A stretch of 64,000 nt of DNA from Candidatus Eremiobacteria bacterium (GCA_963737065.1 CAVTRC010000001.1:2112001-2176000), one strand, 5' to 3'; shown: positions 1-10,837, numbered from the stretch's first letter. The notes: generated by a model from the sequence alone, not told the origin. Numbers and translations are program-made.

Positions 1-252
1 GCGCTTCGCACCACCGTCGAGCGTGTACGAATCCGTAACGGCGTCACCCCGAGTGAGAACCGTGTCACCCTGAGCTTGTCGAAGGGCGCTCGTCGTGTTT
101 TCAACCGTGAACTGAATCGACCCGTCTGCACGACTCACGTCCCGCGCCTGCGTCAGAACGTTTGTTTGAGAATCGTCGAGATTGTTATCGCCGTCGCGAT
201 AGATTCCAAATTCAAGCGCGCGCCCTGTCTCTGGCGCCAGCGTAACCTGCAC
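1..252 (-). CDS. Partial ORF running off the left edge, possibly a clostripain (C11)-like cysteine peptidase N-terminus
   Basis: Not in the ORF track. AAGGAG RBS precedes GTG at 252 and the frame is open to base 1: VQVTLAPETGRALEFGIYRDGDNNLDDSQ... IYRDGDNNLD resembles the clostripain VYxxxDNNL motif. Confidence 0.5.
   Translation of the reverse strand, partial: MQVTLAPETGRALEFGIYRDGDNNLDDSQTNVLTQARDVSRADGSIQFTVENTTSALRQAQGDTVLTRGDAVTDSYTLDGGAKR
64..86. repeat. Short REP-like element GTCACCCTGAGCTTGTCGAAGGG
   Basis: Matches a widespread short interspersed repeat (reverse complement CCCTTCGACAAGCTCAGGGTGAC), recognised from memory. A partial copy GTCACCCCGAG lies at 43-53. Confidence 0.55.
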
Positions 253-746
253 GTTTTTCTCCTTAAGGAAGGCTTTGTGCGAAGCTACTGCGCGAAAACG
301 ATATGGCTACAATACCCGGAGCATTCGCGTCGGTGCGGTCCCAACTGCTCGAAGCCGAAGTATTTCATTGCGGATCACCTTCCACGCTGTGATTGAGCAG
401 GCTGATAATTGCAGTCGCAAGCCTGCTGGGGTCGGATTCCCTGACGACCTTCGCGATTGGCGGAACAACGTACAAGCTTGCTGGTGGATCTGCTTCCGCA
501 TGTGCTTGTTCATAACGGCCTGGAGACTGCTTTCGGATCCGCCGAAGCGCGCGGCCGGATCTGAGCGACTGGGTGCCGCAAGGAATCCGCCATGACGACG
601 CCGGTTCGACGAAGCGCCATCACCGCTTACGAATGGAAACGCTATCGCGAAGCTTCCACCGCTCTCGTGGATGTGTAGATTCGATTCAGCGCGCGCCAGA
701 ACGAATGTACCTTGCCGGCGGTTCGTATGTTGACTCTCGCTAGCGG

Positions 747-1265
747 ATGCACATTAATATCGATATGAAGACCGCGAGAGTCACTGATGGTCCTCGACGG
801 GCCGTGCCGCGCTTGGCTTCGGCTCTGACCTTGCTCACAGTTTCCCTCGCATGCTCGCAGATGAGCATGCCTGTAGAAGGCGCGCAAAATAGCCCGAAGT
901 ATGTGTATCCTACAGATCATATCTACGCATACCTCGACCCTCAAAGACCAAGCGATGCATCAAAGCTCAGGATCGCGAATGGTGTCGTGGAGAATTTCGG
1001 CTATAACGACGTCCCGCCGTTTATGCTACTTGCGATCAGAACGCAAGGCAGTGTCCTACACTACTTCGTATCGTCGGCGGCCACGATAAACGGGGAGCGT
1101 CTGCAGTGTGGCTCATCGGTTGTCGTCGCGGGCAGAAAATTATGCAAGACTATTCCGATCCTCGCTCCAGGCACCACGGTGGCCTTGCTATGGTGGTCGC
1201 CCGGCATCTCTGGATGGGACAATGTTCTCGCAACGGACGCAATTGTTATAGTTTCCGCGCAGTGA
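747..1265 (+). CDS. Hypothetical exported protein or lipoprotein
   Basis: 172-aa ORF with hydrophobic segment ending SLAC (lipobox-like). No recognisable family. Confidence 0.45.
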   Translation: MHINIDMKTARVTDGPRRAVPRLASALTLLTVSLACSQMSMPVEGAQNSPKYVYPTDHIYAYLDPQRPSDASKLRIANGVVENFGYNDVPPFMLLAIRTQGSVLHYFVSSAATINGERLQCGSSVVVAGRKLCKTIPILAPGTTVALLWWSPGISGWDNVLATDAIVIVSAQ

Positions 1266-1393
1266 ACAGTGGCGGAGTTGCCCCGGTTTCGCGGATAAGT
1301 CTGATTTGGACATCAAGCGGCGGTTGAGCGTCACCCAGTTAGTAGACCGGCGCGGCGCGATCCTAAGTAGCCTCACAAGCCGATCTCAGTAAT

Positions 1394-2185
1394 TTAGTGC
1401 GGTCCGGGCGTTGCGACCGGCGGAATGTTCGGACAGTCGTCGTGCAGTTTCGTAGTGCCCGTCTCACGGCTGTAGCGCATGATGTACTGAACCGTATCCG
1501 GCTCCGATGCGCGTTGAGCGGGCGGCGGAAATTGAAACAGCATCGGCGCGGAAGAGCTGTGGAACGGATCGTCGATCTCCGATTTGAAGTGCCATGTCCA
1601 ATCGAGATCGACCGTTTGAGAACTGCCGTCGGCATAGTGGACGATCGCCTTGACGTTGTTGCGATCCCACGTACGCGTTGCATCATCGTACGCGGCGTCG
1701 CCGTTCGAAATAAAATCGACGGCGCCGCACGGCGCGCCGCCTCCGCCGGCCCCGTTACCGGCGTTGCCGGTGCCCGTTCCGTTGGTTCCATTGCCCAAGC
1801 TTCCGGCGCCGGCGATGCGTCCCGCGCCCGCGCCTTGCGCGCCGGTCGGCACATCCCAAATCGGTTTCGTCTGATAGTGCACCTTGGGCGGCTTGGGCCT
1901 CGCCGCACCGGCATGTTTAATCGCTTCTTTGCGCGCGGATTTCCCCTCCGGCTTCGGAATAATCGGCGCGAGCGTCGGCGTGACGTTGTTCTTCGTAACG
2001 GCCACGGCATGCGGCGGTGGCGTCGGTGTCGGCCGAGGAGTCGGCGTCGGGGTCGGCTTCGATACCACGCGCATAATCGCCACGCGCTCGATGACTTCTT
2101 TTTTGTCCGGAAGCGGTCTGAGAAAGGGCGGAATCACACCGGCGACAATTTCGTGCAATGCGATCGAGCACGCAATCGCGACCAC
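1394..2185 (-). CDS. Membrane-anchored Pro/Thr-rich protein (TonB-like architecture)
   Basis: N-terminal anchor with SxxxH (CSIALH), PT-repeat linker, Gly-rich spacer and small C-terminal domain. The start may lie slightly upstream. Confidence 0.65.
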   Translation of the reverse strand: MVAIACSIALHEIVAGVIPPFLRPLPDKKEVIERVAIMRVVSKPTPTPTPRPTPTPPPHAVAVTKNNVTPTLAPIIPKPEGKSARKEAIKHAGAARPKPPKVHYQTKPIWDVPTGAQGAGAGRIAGAGSLGNGTNGTGTGNAGNGAGGGGAPCGAVDFISNGDAAYDDATRTWDRNNVKAIVHYADGSSQTVDLDWTWHFKSEIDDPFHSSSAPMLFQFPPPAQRASEPDTVQYIMRYSRETGTTKLHDDCPNIPPVATPGPH

Positions 2186-2340
2186 AATGCGCCGGGTATA
2201 CGTATGTCCGAAAACCGAGGCCAGCCATCCGATTGATGACTCGGCATCGTGGAGTGTTGCGCGTCTACTCAGGGTGCGTTGCCTATCCTGCGTTTTCGAC
2301 TATAGCACCTGGTTGATGAACGAAGAGGCTGATCCCGCCG

Positions 2341-2874
2341 TTGCTCGAATCCCCGTTCCCCGTGAACCTCGAGGATTTGATTCGCGCGATTCCGGATTTT
2401 CCGATCCCCGGCATTCTGTTTCGCGATATCACGCCGCTTCTAAAGGATAAGCAAGGCTTTAAGGAAGCGATCGATCTTTTCGTCAGCCGGTTCAAGGATA
2501 AAGGAATCGATTATGTCGTCGGTGTCGAGGCGCGCGGGTATATGATCGGCGCGCCCCTCGCATATGCGATCGGCGCCGGATTCGTGCCGATTCGCAAGCC
2601 CGGTAAGCTGCCGTACAGCAAGCTTTCCGAATCGTACGCACTTGAATACGGTACAAATTCGCTTGAGATTCACGCAGATGCGCTCAACCAGGGCGAGCGC
2701 GTCTTGGTCGTTGACGATTTGCTCGCGACCGGAGGCACCGCTGCCGCCACGTGCCGTCTGCTCAAACGTCTGGGCGCGCGGGTCGAAGCGTTCGCGTTCC
2801 TCATTGAACTCGACGCCCTCAAAGGGCGTGCGGCTCTAACCGACGTCGATGTTGTCTCGTTCATTCATTATTAG
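2341..2874 (+). CDS. apt: Adenine phosphoribosyltransferase
   Basis: IPDFPIPGILFRDITPLL, EARG, RKPGKLP and PRPP motif VLVVDDLLATGGT. Confidence 0.97.
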   Translation: MLESPFPVNLEDLIRAIPDFPIPGILFRDITPLLKDKQGFKEAIDLFVSRFKDKGIDYVVGVEARGYMIGAPLAYAIGAGFVPIRKPGKLPYSKLSESYALEYGTNSLEIHADALNQGERVLVVDDLLATGGTAAATCRLLKRLGARVEAFAFLIELDALKGRAALTDVDVVSFIHY

Positions 2875-3295
2875 CGTAGTTGCGGTCCTCGCAATGATTG
2901 CCGCCATGCCTACCGGCGTCGATGCGCGCGGGAAGCCCGCGCCGGCCGCGTCACCGTCGGCGCCGCCGGAAGATCCGGCGATTACCGCGGTGGCTCGGCG
3001 CGAATTCGTCGCGTGGCAGGCGGGCGTGGTTACGGCCAGTCGCTACGCGGAGCAAGCGCAAAGCGGCCTCACCGCCGACCACATTGCGACGACGTCGAAA
3101 GAACTCGGTCAAGCCGGAACGCTTGAAAAAACCGACTGGATCGGTCCCGTGATTGTCGACGACGCGCCGCCCGGTACGCGCGGCTATTGGTACAAGATGA
3201 CGTGTGAAAACTCGGCCGTGTGGGAGCGTCTCATCATCGGTCCCGACGGAAAAATCGACGGGATTGTCTTCCGCGACAAACCGCCAGCGCAATAG
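2849..3295 (+). CDS. Hypothetical secreted protein
   Basis: Signal-peptide-like N-terminus; overlaps the apt stop and fills the apt-rel gap. Confidence 0.65.
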   Translation: MLSRSFIISVVAVLAMIAAMPTGVDARGKPAPAASPSAPPEDPAITAVARREFVAWQAGVVTASRYAEQAQSGLTADHIATTSKELGQAGTLEKTDWIGPVIVDDAPPGTRGYWYKMTCENSAVWERLIIGPDGKIDGIVFRDKPPAQ

Positions 3296-3398
3296 TGTCG
3301 TTTAGCAACTTCACAAGCCGCCACGCGAAGCGAGTGAAACCCTTGAGCCGCGGCGTCGCGATATGAGAGTATAGACCGATACTGAAGACACGCCGAAC

Positions 3399-5570
3399 AT
3401 GACCATCGCTCAACTTATCGCCGCCGTTCAAGCCTACGATCCCTCGATGGAGGGAGAGTGGCTGCGGCGCGTCTACGAGGTTGCGGATCGCGCCCACGAA
3501 GGGCAGCGGCGCGCTTCGGGCGAGTCATACATCGAACATCCGCTTGCCGTCGCCGGCATCCTAGCCGAGCTCGAGATGGACCGCCACACGATCGCCGCGG
3601 CACTGTTGCACGACGTGGTGGAAGATACGTCGATTACGAGCGAACAAGTTACCGCGGAGTTCGGCGATGAGATCGCGACGCTCGTCGACGGCGTTACAAA
3701 ACTGACGCGCATTCCGTACCAATCGAAGGAAGACGCGCAGGTCGAAAACCTGCGGAAAATGTTCATGGCGATGGCGCGCGACATCCGCGTGATCATCATC
3801 AAGCTTGCCGATCGCCTCCACAACATGCGTACGCTCGCGAGCCTGCCGCCGGCGAAGCGGCAAGCGATCGCGCGGGAAACGCTCGACATCTATGCGCCGA
3901 TCGCACATCGCCTCGGCATCTGGAAGATCAAATGGGAGATCGAGGACGAGTGTCTCAAATACCTTGATCCCGATTCCTATCGCGAGATCGTCGAGCGGGT
4001 TGCAAAGACGCGGCGTGAGCGCGAGAACGACGTGCGCGACGCGATTGCGCGCTTGCGTGACGAGTTCAAAGAACTGAGCGTCAACGCCGAGATCCAAGGA
4101 CGGCCAAAGCACTTTTATTCGATCTATTCGAAGATCAAGAAGGGCCGCGACTTTTCCACGATCTACGATTTGACTGCGATCCGCATCATCGTCGATTCGG
4201 TCAAGGATTGTTACGCCGCGCTCGGTGCCGTCCACGCGATGTGGACGCCGCTGCCCGGACGATTCAAAGACTACATCGCCATGCCCAAGCCGAACATGTA
4301 CCAGTCGTTACATACGACGGTCGTCGGGCCGCACGGCGAACCGCTCGAGATTCAGATTCGCACGTGGGAAATGCATCGCACGAGCGAATACGGCATCGCC
4401 GCGCACTGGCGCTATAAAGAAGGCAGCAAAGCGGATCAGTTCGAGAACAAACTCTCGTGGCTGCGCGCCCTGCTCGAATGGCAAAAGGACATGCGCGATT
4501 CCCGCATGTTCATGGAGAATCTCAAGCTCGACCTTTTCGATTCGCAGGCCTTCGTCTTTTCACCGCGCGGCGACGTATTCTCGATGCCCGCGGGCGGTAC
4601 GCCGCTCGACTTTGCGTATCTGGTGCACACCGACGTCGGCAACCATTGCGTCGGTGCGAAAGTAAACGGCCGGATCGTTCCACTCGACTACACGCTGCAA
4701 AACGGCGATATCTGCGAGATTCTCGTCAATAAATCGAGCGGCCGTCCGTCGCTCGACTGGCTCTCCGTCGTCAAGACGTCGAGCGCCAAGCACAAGATCA
4801 AACAATGGTTCCGCAAAGAGCAGCGAGAGGAGAACGTGCTCGCCGGCCAAGAGGCGGTCGAGACGGAGCTCGCGCGCGCACATCTGCGTCCCGATCTCGC
4901 GCGCGGCGAATTGATCGAGCGCATCGCGCATCGGATGAATCACGTTTCGCCGACGGATCTCTTCGCCGCAATCGGTTTTGGCGACGCTTCCGCGCAAGCG
5001 GTCGTCAATCGCATCCGCGACGAGGCGAAAGTCGACAACGTCGTCGATTTCTCCCAAGTTCGCAAACCGGTCGCGCGCAAAGCGACGAAAAAAGCGACCG
5101 GCGTGCGCATCGCCGGCGTCGACGACGTGCTCGTGCGGCTTTCGAAGTGCTGTTCGCCGGTGCCGGGCGATCCGATCATCGGGTACGTAACGATCGGACG
5201 CGGTGTGAGCGTCCATCGCGCCGATTGTCCGAATGTCGCATACATGACCGCAACGCCGGAACGCATTCTCCAAGCACAGTGGACCGACAACACCGACATG
5301 ACGCACGCGGTCGACGTGGAAGTGGAAGCGGAAGACCGCTCGCAGTTGCTGCAAGACATCATGGCCGTCTTTGCCGAGCTGAAGACGACCGTCTCGTCGG
5401 TTACAGCGCGCGTTCGCCGCGACGGTGGCGCGGTTACGTCGCTTACGATGCAGATCCGCGATTTGGACCACTTGCACAAAATTCTTACGAAACTCGGCGC
5501 CTTGAAAAACGTGCGCCGCGTCTACCGCGTTACAAAGCGCGAAAAAAGCGCCTCCGGCGTTTCATCCTGA
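3399..5570 (+). CDS. relA: Bifunctional (p)ppGpp synthetase/hydrolase Rel
   Basis: Intact HD hydrolase motif (LLHDVVED), KLADRLHNMRTL, YQSLHT, EIQIRT, TGS, CCxPxPGD and ACT domains. Confidence 0.98.
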   Translation: MTIAQLIAAVQAYDPSMEGEWLRRVYEVADRAHEGQRRASGESYIEHPLAVAGILAELEMDRHTIAAALLHDVVEDTSITSEQVTAEFGDEIATLVDGVTKLTRIPYQSKEDAQVENLRKMFMAMARDIRVIIIKLADRLHNMRTLASLPPAKRQAIARETLDIYAPIAHRLGIWKIKWEIEDECLKYLDPDSYREIVERVAKTRRERENDVRDAIARLRDEFKELSVNAEIQGRPKHFYSIYSKIKKGRDFSTIYDLTAIRIIVDSVKDCYAALGAVHAMWTPLPGRFKDYIAMPKPNMYQSLHTTVVGPHGEPLEIQIRTWEMHRTSEYGIAAHWRYKEGSKADQFENKLSWLRALLEWQKDMRDSRMFMENLKLDLFDSQAFVFSPRGDVFSMPAGGTPLDFAYLVHTDVGNHCVGAKVNGRIVPLDYTLQNGDICEILVNKSSGRPSLDWLSVVKTSSAKHKIKQWFRKEQREENVLAGQEAVETELARAHLRPDLARGELIERIAHRMNHVSPTDLFAAIGFGDASAQAVVNRIRDEAKVDNVVDFSQVRKPVARKATKKATGVRIAGVDDVLVRLSKCCSPVPGDPIIGYVTIGRGVSVHRADCPNVAYMTATPERILQAQWTDNTDMTHAVDVEVEAEDRSQLLQDIMAVFAELKTTVSSVTARVRRDGGAVTSLTMQIRDLDHLHKILTKLGALKNVRRVYRVTKREKSASGVSS

Positions 5571-6307
5571 ACAACGCACTCGTTGCGATTGGCGCCGCGT
5601 TTTTTGCCGGAGCGATGAACAGCGTCGCCGGCGGCGGCAGTTTTCTTAGCTTTCCGTCGCTCATTTTCGCCGGGGTGCCCTCCATACCGGCGAATGCGAC
5701 GAACAACGCCGCGATGTGGGTCGGCACGTTCGGGTCGGCGCGCGCGTATTGGCCGGACGTCAAACCGCACAAACGCATGCTGTATTCCGTTGTCGCGGTC
5801 AGCGGCATCGGTGCGCTGATCGGCGCATGTCTGCTGCTGCTCACGCCCGCGGCCACGTTCAATCGATTGATTCCGTGGCTGTTGCTCTTTGCGACCATTG
5901 TGTTTGCGCTCAGCCCATTCTTGACGAAGCGGCACGAGCGCGATCCGGAGTATCACGGATGGCAGCTGATCGTCCAGTTCATCGTGTCGGTCTATGGCGG
6001 CTATTTTGGCGCCGGCATGGGGATTTTGATGCTCGCCGTGCTCTCATTCTCCGGGCTGCCGTCCTTCAATGCGACCAATGGAATGAAGAACGTGCTGAGC
6101 GTCGCGATCAACGGCGCTGCGCTCATTCCGTTTTTAGTTGCTCGCGTCGTTGACTGGCGATTTGCGATTCCGATGTGCGTGATGGCACTGCTCGGCGGAT
6201 ACTTTGGCGCGAAATTTTTTCGACGCGTTCCGCAACGCGTTGCGCGCGCAATCGTCATCACGATCGGTGTCGCGATGACGATCGTATTCTTCCTGCGCGC
6301 AGCTTAG
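5567..6307 (+). CDS. Sulfite exporter TauE/SafE family membrane protein
   Basis: AGAMNSVAGGG, PxxANATN and YGGYFGAGMG motifs with multiple TM segments. Start placed at CTG overlapping the rel stop; the first ATG is at 5614. Confidence 0.88.
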   Translation: MNNALVAIGAAFFAGAMNSVAGGGSFLSFPSLIFAGVPSIPANATNNAAMWVGTFGSARAYWPDVKPHKRMLYSVVAVSGIGALIGACLLLLTPAATFNRLIPWLLLFATIVFALSPFLTKRHERDPEYHGWQLIVQFIVSVYGGYFGAGMGILMLAVLSFSGLPSFNATNGMKNVLSVAINGAALIPFLVARVVDWRFAIPMCVMALLGGYFGAKFFRRVPQRVARAIVITIGVAMTIVFFLRAA

Positions 6308-9300
6308 ACTTCGACCGGCGCGGGCGGGTGGAGCGCGCTTTCCGGTCCGGTACGGTGCGCGCCGCGCGAGAAGCCGCCCATCCGCGGCTCGATCACCTTC
6401 GCGACCCACAGATAGAGCGTCGGAACGACGATGAGCGAGAGCATCGTCGAGCACAGCAGTCCGCCGATCACCACCGTTCCGAGCGGCGCTTGCGTTTGAC
6501 TTCCGGCTTCGATACCGAGCGCGATCGGCATCATCCCGCCGACCGACGCAAACGTCGTCATGAGAATCGGCCGTAACCGCAGCGGTGCCGCGTGAAGCAC
6601 CGCATCGCGCGGCGAGTAGCCGCGCTCGCGTAATTGATTCGTGAATTCCACCACGAGGATCGCGTTCTTCACCACGATACCGACGAGCATCAATACGCCG
6701 ATGAAGGCGGTCAGCCCGAAGGCACGCTGCGTGATTACGAGCGAGAGGACGATACCGGCGAGTGAAAGCGGTACGGAGCACATAATGACGAGCGGATGCA
6801 GCAGCGACTCGAATTGCGCCGCGAGCAGCATGTAGATAAGCGCGATCGCAAGTATCACGATCAATCCGAGGCTGCCGAAGGTGTCGCTCTGCTGCGTTAC
6901 CGACTGTCCAAACTGCCAGTAGTATCCCGGCGGAAGCGTTACGCCGTTCATGATCTTCGTTGCATTTGCGACCGCTTGACCGAGCGGAATACCGTTGAGA
7001 CCGGCATCGATTTCGATCTCTCGCTGCTTGTCTTGACGCGTGATCTCCGATGGACCGCTCCCGAACGTAATCTTCGCCAGTTCGCCGAGCGGCATCACCG
7101 GCAGCGTCGCTAACGCACCATCGGTTTGCCCCGCACTTTGAGTGAGCGCCGTGGCCGAAGGCGTAGTATTTGCGCCGATCGGTACGTTGAGCTGCTCGAT
7201 CGCCTGCAGCGAACGCCGTTCATCGGGCGGTAGCTGCACGATGATCGGATACTGCGTGCCGTTCATCTGCATGTAGGACGCAATCGATCCGGCGGTCGCC
7301 GTGTCGATCACATTTGAAATGACGGACGTCGACAGACCAAGTTGTGCTGCCTTAGAACGATCGACCGCGATGTCGACTTCCGGTTGCGAATTCGTAATGT
7401 TCGTATTTGGAGCTTGAATGCCGGGAATTTGGCTCAGCTTCGGAATAACGGCATTCCACGCGGTGTTGTAGAGCGTGTTGATGTCGGGGCCGTAGATCTG
7501 CAGCGACAATGCGTCTTGTCCGCGTGAGATCGTTCCTTGGACGATGTCGACGGTTCGGCCGAATACGAGTAAGCCGGGAATCGGCGCACCGAACCGTTGA
7601 CGCAGTTTCGCGATTTGATCCGGCGTGAGCGTTGGTCCGCCGCGCCGCCCCATGGACCGTCCGGTCAGCGCAGCTTGCCATTGCGCGACGAATCGGGCCG
7701 CTTCGCTGCTGCTCACGTTATCCTTGAGCGTCACCGAAAGATTTGCTTGATTCGTGACCTGCACGCCTCGGCCGGAATAGCCCGGCCGTGCCGACTTGCG
7801 AGCCGACGTTGAGTATGCGCGGATCCTTCAACATGCGCTGCTCGATGTCGTTCGCAATGCGGTTCATCACGCTAATCGCGGTTCCGGTCGGCGCCTGAAT
7901 ATTGAATCGCGCATAGCGTGAGTTCGATGGCGGGAACATTTCGGTTTGAACCGCGCCGAACTTGAGGGCGACGAGCGTTGCACCGAGCACGATCGCCGCA
8001 ATTGCGGTGACGAGCCCGGGCCGATCCACAGCGGCGCCCAGCACCTTCTTGTACCACGCCGCGAACCGTTCGTACGTCCGGTCGAAGGCGGCGCTGAACC
8101 GGGCGTAGGGGCCGCTCCGCGTATGACCGTTCGTTGAAACAGCATGCGCCGCACCGTTGCCGGACACGCCGTTCGATGAAGCAGGCTCGACGGTGTATTT
8201 GTTCTTCACGAGCACCGAGGCGAGCATCGGTACGGTGGTGACGGCGACGACGAACGAAAGCGCGACGGCACCCATTACCATAACGGCAAACGGCGCGAAG
8301 ATCAGGCCCTGAAGTCCCGGAATAAGGACGAGAGGAACGAACACCGTCACAACCGTCACCGACGACGCAAGGACGGCCGTGAAAATTTCCGTCGTTGCGG
8401 ATTCCGCGGCATTGCGCGGATTCTGACCCAGCGCCATATGGCGGTAGATGTTTTCGATAACGACGATGCCGTCGTCGACGATTAAGCCGACCGCCAGGGC
8501 GAGGCCTCCGAGGGTCATGATATTGAGCGAATAGCCGGCGATATAGCCGACGAACAATGCGCCGAAGACCGAGATCGGCAGTGCGATCGCGACGATGAGC
8601 GTCGTGCGCCATGAATGTAAGAAGAGCAGAATGATGAAAATCGCGAGAACCGCGCCGTAGATTGCCGTGTGCTCTAAGGCCTTGATCGACTCTTCGATGA
8701 AGCCTTGCTGGTCGAAGACGAGATCGATCTTCATCCCCGGATAGCGCGATTCTATTTCTTTGACTTTCTTCTCGACGCCGACCGCAGCCGAGACGATGTT
8801 CGCGTTCGGCTGCGCGTTGACGATGAGGCCGAGCGCCGGTTTACCATCGAGGCGCTGGAAGCTGCGCTGTTCGCTAATCGAGTCGCTAACTTTTGCGACG
8901 TCGCCGATACGGATCGGCGAGCCGTTGCGCGTCGCGACGACCAATCGCGAGACTTCTTGCGCGGATTGCAGCAGCGCGTTGCTGCGCACTTGGTATTCGT
9001 TTGGACCGACTTGCACGATACCGGCGGGAAGATTGAGGTTTTCCTGCGCGACTCGCGACGAGATTTGCGCGAGCGTCAAGCCGTTGGCCGCGAGCAGGTT
9101 CGAGTTCGGCTCGATCATGATCGCACGCTGTTGGTCGTTGTTCACGCTTGCTGCCGCGACACCGTCGACCGACGCGAATTCGTCGGCGAGCGTATTCGTA
9201 AAGAGGTCGCCGAGATCGCGCAACGTCATGTTCGGATCGGTCACGTAGAACCGGACGATCGGGAAGGCGTTCGAGTCGAACTTCGAGATTTGCGGCGTTT

Positions 9301-9676
9301 GTAGATTCGGATCGTTCGGCAACTGATCGCGAATGCTATCGACTTGCTGCTGCACGTCGACGGCTGCCGTATCGATATTCGTTCCGTAGTAAAACTGCGC
9401 CGAGACTTGTGTCTGCCCTTCGGACGAGCTGGACTGGATGAGCTGGATGCCGTTCACACGGCTGACCGCGTTTTCGATCGGGCGCGTCACGAGCGCTTCC
9501 ATTTGCTCGGGCCCGACGTTCGGGTACGTCACGCTGACGTTAACGACCGGGTAGGTGAAATTCGGCAGCAGCGCCACCGGCAAGCGAGGAAGCGCAAAAA
9601 CGCCGAGCACCACGATCGCCAACGCGATCATCGATACGGCGATTCGACGGGAGACGGCGAATCGTGCGATGGGCAT
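6304..9676 (-). CDS. RND efflux permease (AcrB family), one frameshift near 7782
   Basis: Two ORFs (7718-9676, 6304-7764) carry GLIVDDGIVVIENI, GIVVKNAILVVEF and RLRPILMTT. Removing one G from a GGG run restores a single frame. Confidence 0.92.
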
Positions 9677-9702
9677 GCTAGTTCCGATTAGACCGCGCAG
9701 GC

Positions 9703-9732
9703 TTGAAAAGCGGCTGAGCCTTAGTGTAAAAT
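9703..9732 (+). promoter_or_regulatory. Sigma70-type promoter of rpsF-ssb
   Basis: TTGAAA-18 bp-TAAAAT upstream of rpsF. Confidence 0.6.
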
Positions 9733-9770
9733 CCCGAAGGCCTTTCGTCTATGACGTCGGGCTACCAGCT

Positions 9771-9816
9771 GCCCATCGCACGCGGCGATGGGCCACCAGC
9801 CTGGCGCAGGCCGGTG
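9771..9816 (+). promoter_or_regulatory. Structured rpsF leader (candidate r-protein leader)
   Basis: Perfect 9-bp hairpin GCCCATCGC/GCGATGGGC followed by a second hairpin CACC..CCTG/CAGG..GGTG before the start. Confidence 0.45.
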
Positions 9817-9837
9817 TCCGCAGATTGGATACGAGAA

Positions 9838-10176
9838 GTGAACGACTACGAAGTGACTTATATTCTCCGGCCGAATCTCGAAGAGGCCGACGTCGATGCG
9901 CGTTCGAGCGCGATCGGCGAGATCATCAAAGGGCAACGTGGCGAAGTCGTCGCTATCGAGAAGCTCGGCAAGAAGCGCCTTGCGTACGAGATCAACGACC
10001 TTCGCGAAGGAAACTACGTCGTGATGCAGTTCCGCAGCACGGGCGATACATCGAAAGAACTCGAGCGCCAGCTCAAGCTCCACGAAGACGTCCTGCGTGC
10101 GCTCGTGATCCACCTCGATAAACACGCGCTTGCGGCCATGGCCCAAGCTGCGCAGGCCGTCCCCGTCCAAGCCTAA
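9838..10176 (+). CDS. rpsF: 30S ribosomal protein S6
   Basis: YEVTYILRP, GKKRLAYEI and EDVLRALV. GTG start at 9838. Confidence 0.97.
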   Translation: MNDYEVTYILRPNLEEADVDARSSAIGEIIKGQRGEVVAIEKLGKKRLAYEINDLREGNYVVMQFRSTGDTSKELERQLKLHEDVLRALVIHLDKHALAAMAQAAQAVPVQA

Positions 10177-10276
10177 AATTTCACAAAGTCACGTACGGGC
10201 CGTGCCGCACAGTTGGCACAGGCCCGTATTAGCATTCAGTGCATTAGCTTAGCGACATTGCGAAAGAGAGTTTTAC

Positions 10277-10714
10277 ATGGCAGGTTCATACAATCGAATC
10301 ATTCTGGTCGGCAACCTCACGCGCGACCCCGAGATCCGCTACACGCAATCCGGCAAAGCCGTAACGAAGTTCACGCTCGCCGTCAACAACCCGCGCAACA
10401 AAGAAGAGACCACATTCGTCGACATCGTCGCGTGGGACCGTCTTGGTGAAACCTGCAACACCTACTTAAAGAAAGGCTCGAACACGCTCGTCGAGGGGCG
10501 GCTCGTCATCCGAAACTACGACGACAAAGACGGCAACAAGCGCAAAGCCACGGAAGTCGTCATCGACAACATGCAAATGCTCGGCGCGCGTCAAGGCGGC
10601 GCGGACGACTGTCGGCGGCGGAGGCGGCGGCTTCGCCGGCGCACGCAGCGGCGCTCGAACGGCTCGTCAAACGACGCATTCGGCGACGAATTGGACGACG
10701 AAATCCCGTTCTGA
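10277..10714 (+). CDS. ssb: Single-stranded DNA-binding protein
   Basis: NRIILVGNLTRDPEIRYT and acidic tail DDEIPF. The Arg-run reads GGGGGGFAG in the adjacent frame (two compensating indels). Confidence 0.97.
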   Translation: MAGSYNRIILVGNLTRDPEIRYTQSGKAVTKFTLAVNNPRNKEETTFVDIVAWDRLGETCNTYLKKGSNTLVEGRLVIRNYDDKDGNKRKATEVVIDNMQMLGARQGGADDCRRRRRRLRRRTQRRSNGSSNDAFGDELDDEIPF

Positions 10715-10805
10715 CGCTGTCTCGTCCTAACTCACGAAGAAACGCGAGTTAGTTGCAGATGTCTCTAAAAGTCCAAATGCCTTCGAGGCATCAGTACATA
10801 CAGCG

Positions 10806-10837
10806 AAAAACGCCCCGTATTTACGGGGCATTTTTCT
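10806..10837. terminator. Intrinsic terminator-like hairpin (possibly bidirectional) after ssb
   Basis: AAAAACGCCCCGTA-TT-TACGGGGCATTTTT. Confidence 0.6.

Noticed and set aside
1397..2236. 279-aa plus-strand ORF and similar long shadow ORFs (e.g. 25239-26492, 4560-5477, 19706-20572)
   Set aside because: Antisense shadows of real genes, expected at high GC, with no motifs.
4805..5566. Long N-terminal extension of the 500-aa ORF 4805-6307
   Set aside because: It overlaps rel out of frame and is Arg-rich junk; only the part from 5567 is TauE-like.
10600..10660. Poly-Arg tract in SSB as a novel feature
   Set aside because: The adjacent frame gives the usual Gly-rich linker, so it is best explained by compensating indels.
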